From an uncultured Gammaproteobacteria bacterium (GTDB lineage Bacteria > Patescibacteriota > Patescibacteriia > UBA1558 > UBA10009), in NCBI GenBank assembly GCA_964588165.1, contig CAZPMS010000001.1, positions 27,303 through 91,302 of the forward strand: a stretch of DNA of 64,000 nucleotides, given 5' to 3'. The translations under genes were made by a program, and so were the position numbers. The notes below the pieces were generated by a model, which was not told the DNA's origin, searched no databases, and saw nothing but the letters and a program-made list of their open reading frames with translations. Numbering within the stretch: the first letter of the stretch is position 1; the number at the start of each line of letters is the position of its first letter. This document shows, in pieces, positions 20,018 through 28,789 of this stretch.

Positions 20018-21394
20018 ATTACTTATTTTATTTAAATAATCTAAAACATAATTGCCAACTCGCTGGCTACACTGCCCGTCAAACTTCCAGGTTAGTTCTT
20101 TAAGGATCCTGCTCCTACCCTCCTTTTCCTGCCTTGGATTTTTTAAGTATGAATTAATTTGTTTGACCAACTCCTGGTTGCTTCTGGCCATCTTCATGCA
20201 ATTTGCCTTAAGTACCGGCTGGTAATGGTCATTTTTATAAATATACCTGATGCTGATTTTAGTTGAATCAGGTTTAACAACATCATAGTCAATATTTATA
20301 ACCGGCTTATCTAAAGCAGCCGCATCAACTGTCATAGTGGAAGCAAAGTTGATGGTAACTGATGAATAGTAAATTGAATCAGCCAAGTGCTGCATGTCGG
20401 CTGTTAAAAACTCCCAGTCGTTACGGTAATTGTCTAAAGGAAACTGTTTGCCCGGCACATCATAAATAATATTTTGGTTTGATTTGAATTCACCCAGCTC
20501 TTTATTATAACTTGGCGCCAGCCTAACCAGCAGTTTTATTTTTTCATCAATCTCACCATTACTAATAGCTTGATCTAAATATTTAATAATTTCTTTAACA
20601 CTATCGCGGTAATGTCCAAAAAAAGGCGCAAATAAAATTAATTTATATTCTGGGCTAACGCCGATTTTTTTATAAAAATCTTCTTTGGCAGAAGGCTTAT
20701 AGCCAACATAATAATCAAAAATAGGCACGCCCGATGTGTAAATATCTTTTTCTTTCATATCAGCATACTTTATAGCTTCCTCCTTCATTAAATCAGTATG
20801 AACAATAATTTTATCTGGCCTAACCCTTACTACGCCTTTAGAGGTTAAATTATCCCAGCCTCTAACCATGGCAATTTTAGGCACCTTTTTCTTTTTAGCT
20901 TGTTTTAAAAACAAAGCGTCGGCCGGCGCTAAAACATCTGTTACAAAAACTAGGTCCGGCTTATACTTATCAAAATAGTTGCCAAATATTTTTTCCGGTA
21001 CTACCACAAAATCCAGCCAACGTACGAAATTTCTAAGCATCCGACTGCCCGAAAAAACTTTAGACAAAATTCTGCCCAGAGCATATCTTAATTTATTTTT
21101 ATCGGATGAATATTCAATTAACTGCAAACTTTTTTTAGACTGGGTATTTAAAAAACTTTTAGCCAAAAAATCAAAAAAGAATTCTACTTTACCTTTTTTA
21201 TGTTTCCATTCTACAGGCTCAAAAATGACATTCTTAAAGTGTCCATATTTTTCTTTAAAGAATTTTTCCTTGAGCGGTGGAACAAAACAAATAATCTTGA
21301 TATTTGGATTATCAAGAATTGGTTTAAGCATGTCTGTTATAAAAAGATTTCTGGTGCACATGCCATGGAACACGGGAATGAATAATGTTTTCAT
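19997..21394 (-). CDS. Uncharacterised GT-B-like protein, paralog 2 of 3
   Basis: 465 aa; same conserved blocks as paralog 1. Confidence 0.5.
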   Translation of the reverse strand: MKTLFIPVFHGMCTRNLFITDMLKPILDNPNIKIICFVPPLKEKFFKEKYGHFKNVIFEPVEWKHKKGKVEFFFDFLAKSFLNTQSKKSLQLIEYSSDKNKLRYALGRILSKVFSGSRMLRNFVRWLDFVVVPEKIFGNYFDKYKPDLVFVTDVLAPADALFLKQAKKKKVPKIAMVRGWDNLTSKGVVRVRPDKIIVHTDLMKEEAIKYADMKEKDIYTSGVPIFDYYVGYKPSAKEDFYKKIGVSPEYKLILFAPFFGHYRDSVKEIIKYLDQAISNGEIDEKIKLLVRLAPSYNKELGEFKSNQNIIYDVPGKQFPLDNYRNDWEFLTADMQHLADSIYYSSVTINFASTMTVDAAALDKPVINIDYDVVKPDSTKISIRYIYKNDHYQPVLKANCMKMARSNQELVKQINSYLKNPRQEKEGRSRILKELTWKFDGQCSQRVGNYVLDYLNKISNNADSAN

Positions 21395-21409
21395 TTACTA
21401 TTTTCATTA

Positions 21410-21466
21410 AACGCGCCACAACTTCGCTGTACGAACGCGCCACGGCGCGTTCCTACGTGGCGCGTT
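21410..21466. repeat. REP-like palindromic element, family A (GTACGAACGCGCC / GGCGCGTTCCTAC)
   Basis: aacgcgccac..tgtacgaacgcgccacggcgcgttcctacgtggcgcgtt, nested inverted repeats. The same core flanks and interrupts the RAYT gene at 47.9-48.4 kb. Confidence 0.65.
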
Positions 21467-21468
21467 AA

Positions 21469-23361
21469 TTATATTTTAATTTTCTCAGCAATAGATCCTC
21501 CGTCAAGTTTAAAATGTTTTAATACCTCAATATGCCCGCCACTTTCCGGGAATCTATCCAAACCAAACCTGATCAATTTTTTATTCAAACCTGATTGATT
21601 AATAATATTTAAAATCTCATCACCTTGTCCGCCTGCCAACATATGGTCATCAATATGAACTAACTGTTTTACATCCTTGATTTCATTAATCAGCCACTCA
21701 CTATCTATATTATTTAACCACGGGATATTGATAACTTTAACTTGCTTACCATCTTTTTCAAGTATGTCGGCTGCTTCCATTGCCATAGAGAGCATAATTG
21801 GTCCATAGGCCATAATGGCTATATCTTTACCATCTTTTAATGCAAAACCTTTGCCTGGCTCAATTTTATAACCTTCAGGCAGTTTTATTTCCCTAAAGCC
21901 TGGACAAATTGCCAGCCGTAAATAACTTGGAGTTTTAACCTCATTAGCCAGATATTTAATGGCCAGTTTTGACTCTTCATAATTACAGGGTTCAAAAATT
22001 TTCATTTCATGAATAGTCCTCATTAAACCAATATCCCTAACTGCCTGATGTGATTTACCAGGAATGGCTGGAATTAAACCGGCTAAATGCCCAACATAAA
22101 TAACCTGGCTATATTCTGTTGAGTTATTAAAAATTTGTTCATTGGCTCTGGCTGCCAAAAAGGCAGCAAAGGTATTTACTACCGGCAAATATCCTTGACG
22201 AGCAAGGCCACCGGCAATACCCACCATATCTTGTTCAGCAATGCCAACTTCCAAAAAATTATCAGGATAGTTCTCTTCAATTACTTTTATGCCGCAATCA
22301 ACGGCTAAATCACCATCTATAGCAATTATTTTTTTATTTTCTTTAACCAATTCAACCAAACCTTCGGAGTAGCCGCTTTTAACATCTGTATCGCACATTT
22401 TAATTTGAGCTCGCTCAAACTCCTTAGGAATTTCCGGAAACTCAATTTGATTATTACCTAAAAGATCTTTAATTCTATCATCAACTTCGCAAATTGCAGC
22501 TTCGTATTCTTCTTGGTTAGGGACTTTATTGTGCCATAAATACAAGCCGTCCTTTTTTAAAGCCTCTGGATGTTCCATAAAGGAAATTCCTTTGCCTTTT
22601 ATGGTATCTAAAATCACGGCCTTAGGCTTGCCATTAGAATAATCAATTTTCTCAAATATCTTAATTAAATCACCCATGTCATTGCCTTTTACCTCAATTA
22701 CTTCCCAGCCAAAAGCTTTTATTTTTTCTTCCAGCGGCGGCATATCTAAAATATCAGTTGTCAGCAAATCGGACTGGACTTTATTTTTATCCACCAAAAC
22801 TACTAAATTATCTAATTTCCAAGCAGGTGCTGATTGGAAACCTTCCCAGTTTTGCCCTTCTTCCAGTTCCCCATCCCCTACCATGACAAAAACTTTATTG
22901 GGTTTGTTTTCTTTTTTAAAAGCCAAGGCATGTCCTTTACCTTTGGAAATGCCCATTGCCAAAGCACCGGTATTGGCCTCAACTCCCGGAGTGGCTATAT
23001 CTACATGACCGGCCGGCCCGCCAAGTTGTCTGAATTTAAATAAATCATCATATGGCACTAAACCAACTGAGGCTAAGATTGAGTTCATCATTGGCCCGGC
23101 ATGCCCTTTGGATAGAATGAAGATATCACGTTCAGGATCATCTTTATCATTTGGATTAATCTTCATTTCCTTGTGATAAAGTAAAGTCATCACATCCGCA
23201 GCAGAAAGTGATGTACCCAGATGCCCTGTTCCTGGAACCATGACCACGCCTAAAATATTATGGCGTACCATTTCAGCCATAATTTGTAGTTTTTGTTCTT
23301 CTGACAAGTCAAAACTTTTAACTTTGTCAAAATCTTGTTTGGTGAAGAATATATTGTTCAT
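21469..23361 (-). CDS. Transketolase, N-terminal (TPP) and C-terminal (Pyr) halves fused in one 630-aa protein
   Basis: GHLGTSLSAADVMT, GDGELEEGQNWEG (TPP-binding), then EVGIAEQDMVGIAGGLA pyrimidine domain. Confidence 0.85.
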   Translation of the reverse strand: MNNIFFTKQDFDKVKSFDLSEEQKLQIMAEMVRHNILGVVMVPGTGHLGTSLSAADVMTLLYHKEMKINPNDKDDPERDIFILSKGHAGPMMNSILASVGLVPYDDLFKFRQLGGPAGHVDIATPGVEANTGALAMGISKGKGHALAFKKENKPNKVFVMVGDGELEEGQNWEGFQSAPAWKLDNLVVLVDKNKVQSDLLTTDILDMPPLEEKIKAFGWEVIEVKGNDMGDLIKIFEKIDYSNGKPKAVILDTIKGKGISFMEHPEALKKDGLYLWHNKVPNQEEYEAAICEVDDRIKDLLGNNQIEFPEIPKEFERAQIKMCDTDVKSGYSEGLVELVKENKKIIAIDGDLAVDCGIKVIEENYPDNFLEVGIAEQDMVGIAGGLARQGYLPVVNTFAAFLAARANEQIFNNSTEYSQVIYVGHLAGLIPAIPGKSHQAVRDIGLMRTIHEMKIFEPCNYEESKLAIKYLANEVKTPSYLRLAICPGFREIKLPEGYKIEPGKGFALKDGKDIAIMAYGPIMLSMAMEAADILEKDGKQVKVINIPWLNNIDSEWLINEIKDVKQLVHIDDHMLAGGQGDEILNIINQSGLNKKLIRFGLDRFPESGGHIEVLKHFKLDGGSIAEKIKI

Positions 23362-23380
23362 ATTATTTTATTAATTAAAG

Positions 23381-24490
23381 CTAAAAAAATTCACATTCAG
23401 ATTGTTCAACTGAATAAGGCTGAATAAAACTTGTTTTTAAGGTTTCAACGAAACTATTCTCTCTAAATGGCTTAATGATTGATGGAAATTCACCACCAAT
23501 TAAAATTGTATCCTTATTTATATCAGTATCGACAAGATACTCTTCTTCTACATCTTTATCGCCTCCCGATACTATTTTGTAATTTACTATTTTATAAATT
23601 TTGGATATTGAAAATGGCTTGCCATCTATTTCTTTTTTATAGTTTATATCAACTTTAATAAAAAAATCTGTATTACTTGTATTTTCCCTTATATTACTCA
23701 TTATTGAATTTAAATCATTAAAATCAATTGAAAAAGGAATTTCTTCAAGTGATTTAAGGTTATATAGTTTATTATCTAAAATACTAGTAGTTAATCGATT
23801 CTCTTCAAATTTAAAATCTGGATTATTTTCATAACTCACATAAGCAAAAGGGCAAATCGAAAGTAGTTGTGATTCTTCATCTATATCTATGCGCTTTTCA
23901 AGCATAATCATGTTAATATCAATGTCTTTAAGTCCACCTAAAAAATTATTTTTTAGTACAAAATTTGCTGTTGAGCTTGATATCTGACTGTGTCCTAAAA
24001 ATGGTAATTTATTTTTATTTAAACCACTATATTCTTTTATAGATATTGAAACTTCAGGTATAGCGCTTAGTTCTAACGATTGTTGAGTTTGTTTTAAGGA
24101 AGATTCACTTAGTTCTAACGATTGTTGAGTTTGTTTTAAGGAAAAAAAATTAATAGATAACCCTACAATTGCAACAACTAATAAATATATTGCAATTTTT
24201 ATTGCTCTGCTACTTGATTTATTAGCATTATCTAGTTGCTCAAATTCAAGGAGTTTAAACCTACCTTCAGTTGAAATTGTATAAAGATTTTCTTCGCCAT
24301 TGTCCGTTTTTTGAGTTCTTCCTAAATTTTGAAGTAAACTTTTTTCATTTATTAGCTTTCCAAAAAATAACCCTTTTTCATTTTGATTAAAATTTAAATC
24401 ATCTAATAAATTATTACAAAGAAACTCATTGTGCTTATGAGCATATTTTAGTATTTCAATATGAATATTTTTTCTTATTTTGCTATTCAT
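23381..24490 (-). CDS. Hypothetical membrane protein: cytoplasmic N-domain, one TM, extracytoplasmic C-domain; contains a 39-bp perfect tandem duplication
   Basis: Very AT-rich (~25% GC). TM IKIAIYLLVVAIVGLSINFF. Tandem repeat SLKQTQQSLELSE x2 = DNA 24085-24165. Confidence 0.6.
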   Translation of the reverse strand: MNSKIRKNIHIEILKYAHKHNEFLCNNLLDDLNFNQNEKGLFFGKLINEKSLLQNLGRTQKTDNGEENLYTISTEGRFKLLEFEQLDNANKSSSRAIKIAIYLLVVAIVGLSINFFSLKQTQQSLELSESSLKQTQQSLELSAIPEVSISIKEYSGLNKNKLPFLGHSQISSSTANFVLKNNFLGGLKDIDINMIMLEKRIDIDEESQLLSICPFAYVSYENNPDFKFEENRLTTSILDNKLYNLKSLEEIPFSIDFNDLNSIMSNIRENTSNTDFFIKVDINYKKEIDGKPFSISKIYKIVNYKIVSGGDKDVEEEYLVDTDINKDTILIGGEFPSIIKPFRENSFVETLKTSFIQPYSVEQSECEFF

Positions 24491-24574
24491 TAAACTTAAA
24501 TTTAATAATCATGCTGTAGAATAATAATAAAAAATTTTAAAATTTTATTCCACATTTTTTTCTACAAATTAATA

Positions 24575-24603
24575 TTGACAATATCTTTGAAATAGTTTAT
24601 AAT
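24575..24603 (+). promoter_or_regulatory. Consensus sigma70 promoter TTGACA-17-TATAAT
   Basis: TTGACA at 24575-24580, 17-nt spacer, TATAAT at 24598-24603; a GGGAGG RBS lies at 24634-24639 downstream. Confidence 0.6.
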
Positions 24604-24644
24604 CTGAAATTATTGTTCTTTCATTCTTTTTTAGGGAGGTTTTT

Positions 24645-24809
24645 TTGAAGAAGCCAGAAGGTGCTACAAGGTGCAAGAGATGCGGGTTGATACATTATGA
24701 TGGATCTAATTTGATCCAAGATTCAGAAACCAAGCATTGGCTTTGTAACACGCCTTTTTGTTTCGGAATTGTTCACCCGATCAGAATCGCTTTCAAGCAC
24801 CAAAACTAA
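24645..24809 (+). CDS. Candidate small (54 aa) zinc-ribbon protein gene with TTG start; alternatively a structured small RNA
   Basis: Perfect promoter, then GGGAGG, 5 nt, TTG. ORF (L/M)KKPEGATRCKRCGLIHYDGSNLIQDSETKHWLCNTPFCFGIVHPIRIAFKHQN with CxxC...CxxxxC. ~44% GC versus ~27% surroundings. Below the length cut-off of the supplied ORF track. Confidence 0.35.
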   Translation: MKKPEGATRCKRCGLIHYDGSNLIQDSETKHWLCNTPFCFGIVHPIRIAFKHQN

Positions 24810-24917
24810 CCTTTATACACAACATTACGACCTGTGGTGACGCTATGTGCGCAGCTAATGTTATCAAGATCAGCGATGATCCAAAACCCAAAAGCTAGCT
24901 TTCCCTATTCATTCAAG

Positions 24918-24949
24918 AGCCGTATGAGATATTCTCTGCGGCTTTTTTC
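24918..24949 (+). terminator. Rho-independent terminator (copy 1 of a 44-bp direct repeat)
   Basis: agccgtatgagatattctctgcggct followed by TTTTTT. Confidence 0.6.
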
Positions 24950-24962
24950 TTTATTAAATAAC

Positions 24963-25454
24963 TTATTCTAAATCAAATGGTCCGTAAAATCCACCTCCAG
25001 CAGATGCCCATTCTTGAATATAAAAAACCTTACCACAAATAATAGCCAATCGTGATACACCCACCCCAATCATCATTTTATCTTTATCTCTTTTATAATC
25101 TTCAGGATTTAAATCTGAACAACTTAATATTTTTATTTCATGATTATTTATACATTTATAGCCACCCCACCTATCTAATGATGTAGGTAAAATATTTCTA
25201 TCACTACCATAAAAACCTTCATCCATATTAATATGCTTTTTATAATCTACAGGATCAATTTGTGTTTTATAAGAAAAATTAATATCAAGGGAGCAATAAG
25301 TTTTTATTTTGGCCGATAAATTTTCATTATCTATAATCTGAAGTGTTGAGTTTTTTGGCACATAAAACATTTTTTTTATGGTTGGATAAAAGTAGATGAC
25401 TAAACCTGCAATAATAACTAGAATTATTAGTAATATAAAATTTTGTTTTTTCAT
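24963..25454 (-). CDS. Hypothetical secreted/membrane-anchored protein (163 aa, N-terminal TM, 6 Cys)
   Basis: MKKQNFILLIILVIIAGLVIYFY signal-anchor; no recognisable domain. Bracketed by near-identical 44-bp direct repeats. Confidence 0.6.
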   Translation of the reverse strand: MKKQNFILLIILVIIAGLVIYFYPTIKKMFYVPKNSTLQIIDNENLSAKIKTYCSLDINFSYKTQIDPVDYKKHINMDEGFYGSDRNILPTSLDRWGGYKCINNHEIKILSCSDLNPEDYKRDKDKMMIGVGVSRLAIICGKVFYIQEWASAGGGFYGPFDLE

Positions 25455-25499
25455 AATTTTTAGAAATTAATTATTCTTTATATATAAATTATTTTTTTA

Positions 25500-25545
25500 G
25501 GCCGTATGAGATATTCTCTGCGGCTTTTTTTCTTTTAAATAACAA
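25500..25545 (+). repeat. Copy 2 of the 44-bp terminator-containing direct repeat (ggccgtatgagatattctctgcggcTTTTTTTcttttaaataac)
   Basis: ~90% identical to 24919-24962; lies immediately upstream of the start of the 163-aa gene. Confidence 0.55.
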
Positions 25546-25552
25546 TTTTTTA

Positions 25553-25600
25553 GTAGCTACGCTGACTGACGCTGACTTGCCTGCCTACCGGCAGGCACGG
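25553..25600. repeat. GC-rich palindromic element (family C head AGCTACGCTGAC plus CCTGCC..GGCAGG hairpin, family D core)
   Basis: agctacgctgactgacgctgacttgcctgcctaccggcaggcacggac, immediately 3' of the ALDH stop. Confidence 0.5.
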
Positions 25601-25602
25601 AC

Positions 25603-27090
25603 TTAACTCTTTTTAGTTTGTGAATTTTGGATGCCGCCAGAATAATCTAAATAAACTGTCTGCCATTCACTAAAAATATCAATTCCGCCTGGGCCGGCCT
25701 CACGATGGCCGTTGCCTGATAGTCCGAATCCTCCGAATGGTAAGTGGACTTCTGAACCAAAAGTAGGGGCGTTTAAATAAACCACGCCGGTTTTTATTTT
25801 ATCCAACATCTGTAAACCTTTAGCAGAACTGTTACTGAAAACTGAAGCGGATAAACCATATTTAGTACCGTTCATAATTTCTATCCCCTCTTCTGGAGTT
25901 TCAAATTTAATTACTGATACAACCGGACCAAAAACTTCTTCCTGGCAAATTTTATCGTTTGGTTTGGCACCTGCAATTACAGTTGGCGCATAATAAAAAC
26001 CTTTAGCATGTTCACCATCTGTGAGGATTTGGCCGCCAACTAAAATTTCTGCGCCACCTTGTTTAGCTTCATCCACATATTTAGCTACATTATCCAATTG
26101 TTTTTGATTGATAACCGGCGTTACATAACTATCATCATTGGCAGCTGGGCCAACTTTAAGTTGTTTAGTTTTACTGACCAACTTGGCTACAAATTCATCA
26201 TAAATTGAGGCATGGACAACTGCCCGGCTGGTAGCCACACATCTTTGGCCGGCAATAGTAAATGAACCGGACATTACGCCATCTACTGCTAAATCTACGT
26301 CTGCATCATCCATAACCAGTACTCCATTCTTACCACCCATTTCCAAACTTACTTTAATAAGCCTGTCTGCTCCGATTTGGTTTAAATGGCTGCCAACTTC
26401 TGTTGAACCGGTAAAAGATATTAGATTGATGTCTGGATGGTTGGCTAAAAATTCACCTGCTTCCTGGCCATAACCCTGGACTAAATTAGCCACGCCTTTT
26501 GGCAAATCTGCTTTTTCTAAAATTTCAAATAGTAATTGAGCGGTTTGCGGAGTATCAGTAGATGGTTTTAAAACAGCTGTGTTGCCGCAAGTTAAAGCTG
26601 GGAACAATTTCCAGGCAATGGCCGCAATTGGAGCGTTCCAGGGAGTAATTAAAGCGCAAACACCAACAGGTACTCTTCTGGTTAAAGCCATTCTATTATC
26701 TAAAGCGGACTGGGTGGTTTGGCCATATAAACGCCTGCCCTCACCAGCAGCATAATAAGCCATATCTGCAGCTGCTTTTACTTCACCCATAGCTGCAGCC
26801 TTAACCTTGCCCATTTCTTTTACTATTACATCTGCGATTTCTTCCTGCCTTTCCATAATTATTTGGCCAACTTTAAAAAGAATATCAGCCCGCTGGGGTG
26901 ATTTTGTTTGTTCCCAGCTTAATAAAGCCTTCTTGGCTGATAAAACTGCTTCATTAACATCATCCTGATTAGATCTGGGAAATTCACCAAGAACTTCTTC
27001 TTTATTAGAAGGATTTATATTTTTAAAAGTTTGATTTGATTTGGACGGCACAAATTTGCCGTTCATGTAATTTAGGCTTTCTTTTGACAT
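25603..27090 (-). CDS. NAD(P)+-dependent aldehyde dehydrogenase
   Basis: 495 aa; ALDH glutamate and cysteine active-site regions (LEMGGKNG..., FTIAGQRCVATSR). Confidence 0.9.
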   Translation of the reverse strand: MSKESLNYMNGKFVPSKSNQTFKNINPSNKEEVLGEFPRSNQDDVNEAVLSAKKALLSWEQTKSPQRADILFKVGQIIMERQEEIADVIVKEMGKVKAAAMGEVKAAADMAYYAAGEGRRLYGQTTQSALDNRMALTRRVPVGVCALITPWNAPIAAIAWKLFPALTCGNTAVLKPSTDTPQTAQLLFEILEKADLPKGVANLVQGYGQEAGEFLANHPDINLISFTGSTEVGSHLNQIGADRLIKVSLEMGGKNGVLVMDDADVDLAVDGVMSGSFTIAGQRCVATSRAVVHASIYDEFVAKLVSKTKQLKVGPAANDDSYVTPVINQKQLDNVAKYVDEAKQGGAEILVGGQILTDGEHAKGFYYAPTVIAGAKPNDKICQEEVFGPVVSVIKFETPEEGIEIMNGTKYGLSASVFSNSSAKGLQMLDKIKTGVVYLNAPTFGSEVHLPFGGFGLSGNGHREAGPGGIDIFSEWQTVYLDYSGGIQNSQTKKS

Positions 27091-27217
27091 ATATTTATTA
27101 TTACTACTAATTACTAATCTGTACTAATATACGAATTCATTATTATTTTAGCTAAAAGAATGATTTTTAATGATGGTATTATTCGTATATTTGTATTGAT
27201 TTGTAATTCATAATCAA

Positions 27218-28774
27218 TTACTTTCGTTTAAATATAAGATTCTGTGTTATCCGGCCTGACTCTTGAAAGTCGGAAAGTTCTAAACCACGTTGTTTGAAAA
27301 AATCTACAAACCATTTTTCCCGTTCTTGCCAACCCTCATACCTAGTGGTTTCCACTAAAACTGATTTTAACTGCTCAGAAGCAAAAATTTTGTCGCCGCC
27401 TGCAACCACTTGCTGTTCAATGCCGTCCACATCGATCTTTATATGGTTAGGCTGTTCTAAACCATAATCATTAACCAGTGAATCGAGAGTTAACCCGATT
27501 GAACCTTGAATATGGACAGGTGTAAAATCTTTATCCAAATTATCCTTGGTAATGCCAAAAGCATTTTTTGCTTCACCATAACCAAATTCTTGAATATTGA
27601 AATTATTAAGCTGGTTTTTATCAGTTAAAGCTATTGGATAAGCTATAATTACTTCAGAAAAATTATTCTCTTTTATGTTTAAATTAAGTTTGGCAAAATT
27701 TAAAGCTTCCGGCTCAAAAGCATAAATTTTACAACTGCCTTTTAACAATTTTGCCGGATATAAACTGTACTGGCCAATATTAGCTCCGATATCGTAGATA
27801 ACATCACTTGGTACAAAATTATTCTCAATCCATTTTAAGGTTCCCGGCTCTTTAGTGTTATAGCTTTTACCTCGGCTAAATTCGGCTTTGGAATCTATGA
27901 TTAAAGACATTCTCTCTTTCCCGACCTGAAACTGCTTAACTTTTTTATGAGCTGAAATGATAAAACTGGTATTTTTTTTCTCACTAGCTTTAATATCCAA
28001 ATTATCGTTAATCTGGTAAAACGAGCTTAAAAAACCATTTGACTCCAGATTGGCTAAAAACTTTGAAAATTTCCGAGGGCTGTCTTTTATATTATGATAT
28101 TCTAAAATAATTTGGTTAACTTCAATTATTTTTTCAGACCTGATTATTTCTTCTAAAACCTCATCTTCTTTGCCCTCAATATCCAGTTTCAATAAATCAA
28201 TTGGCCTGTTGATATAGTTAGAAAGTTTTTTATTCTTAACTGTAATAGTTTCTGGCCTCTTATTACTCTTAACTGTAAAAAGGTCTTTGTCTAAACTATG
28301 GCCGGTGCTGCTAATTCTACTAGCATCATAAAACAAAATTTGCTCTTTTGAATCATTTGCAGAAATAGCCGCCTGAACAAGCTGAACTGACTTTAAATTA
28401 TTGTGCTTAATATTTTCTTCTAAAACTTTAAAGGTGCTTGGAAACGGCTCAAAGCAAATTATTTCCGCTTTAGGATACAAATATTTAAAATATAAAGTGG
28501 CCATTCCAATATTAGCGCCGCAATCTATAATAAAAGGATTTTTTATCAAGGTCTCAAAGTAGTAGGTTCGCCTTATAAAGATATCAACAAACATTGCGTA
28601 AAAGCTTCGGTAGCTTAAAACTTTGACTTTGTATCCTAAAAAATTTTCATTTTTAAAATCAATCCATTTAGATAAATGATTTTTAAAATTTAGTTTTAAA
28701 TAGCAAAAAAGAAGCCGAATTTTTTTCTTTTTACCAGTTTTGCCCTTAAAAATATATTGGATATCTCTAACCAC
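27218..28774 (-). CDS. Tandem-domain FkbM-family methyltransferase
   Basis: Two FkbM-type cores in one 518-aa protein: IDCGANIGMATLYF...FEP and YDIGANIGQYSLY...FEPE. Confidence 0.75.
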   Translation of the reverse strand: MVRDIQYIFKGKTGKKKKIRLLFCYLKLNFKNHLSKWIDFKNENFLGYKVKVLSYRSFYAMFVDIFIRRTYYFETLIKNPFIIDCGANIGMATLYFKYLYPKAEIICFEPFPSTFKVLEENIKHNNLKSVQLVQAAISANDSKEQILFYDASRISSTGHSLDKDLFTVKSNKRPETITVKNKKLSNYINRPIDLLKLDIEGKEDEVLEEIIRSEKIIEVNQIILEYHNIKDSPRKFSKFLANLESNGFLSSFYQINDNLDIKASEKKNTSFIISAHKKVKQFQVGKERMSLIIDSKAEFSRGKSYNTKEPGTLKWIENNFVPSDVIYDIGANIGQYSLYPAKLLKGSCKIYAFEPEALNFAKLNLNIKENNFSEVIIAYPIALTDKNQLNNFNIQEFGYGEAKNAFGITKDNLDKDFTPVHIQGSIGLTLDSLVNDYGLEQPNHIKIDVDGIEQQVVAGGDKIFASEQLKSVLVETTRYEGWQEREKWFVDFFKQRGLELSDFQESGRITQNLIFKRK

Positions 28775-28789
28775 TGTTTTATCTGTTAA

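Noticed and set aside
24600-24960. Possible tmRNA, SRP RNA or RNase P RNA downstream of the consensus promoter at 24575
   Set aside because: No tRNA-like acceptor/T-arm (GGTTCGAATCC...CCA) was found. The SRP domain IV motif and RNase P conserved regions are absent. A coding sORF with a good RBS explains the signals better, although a small RNA cannot be excluded.
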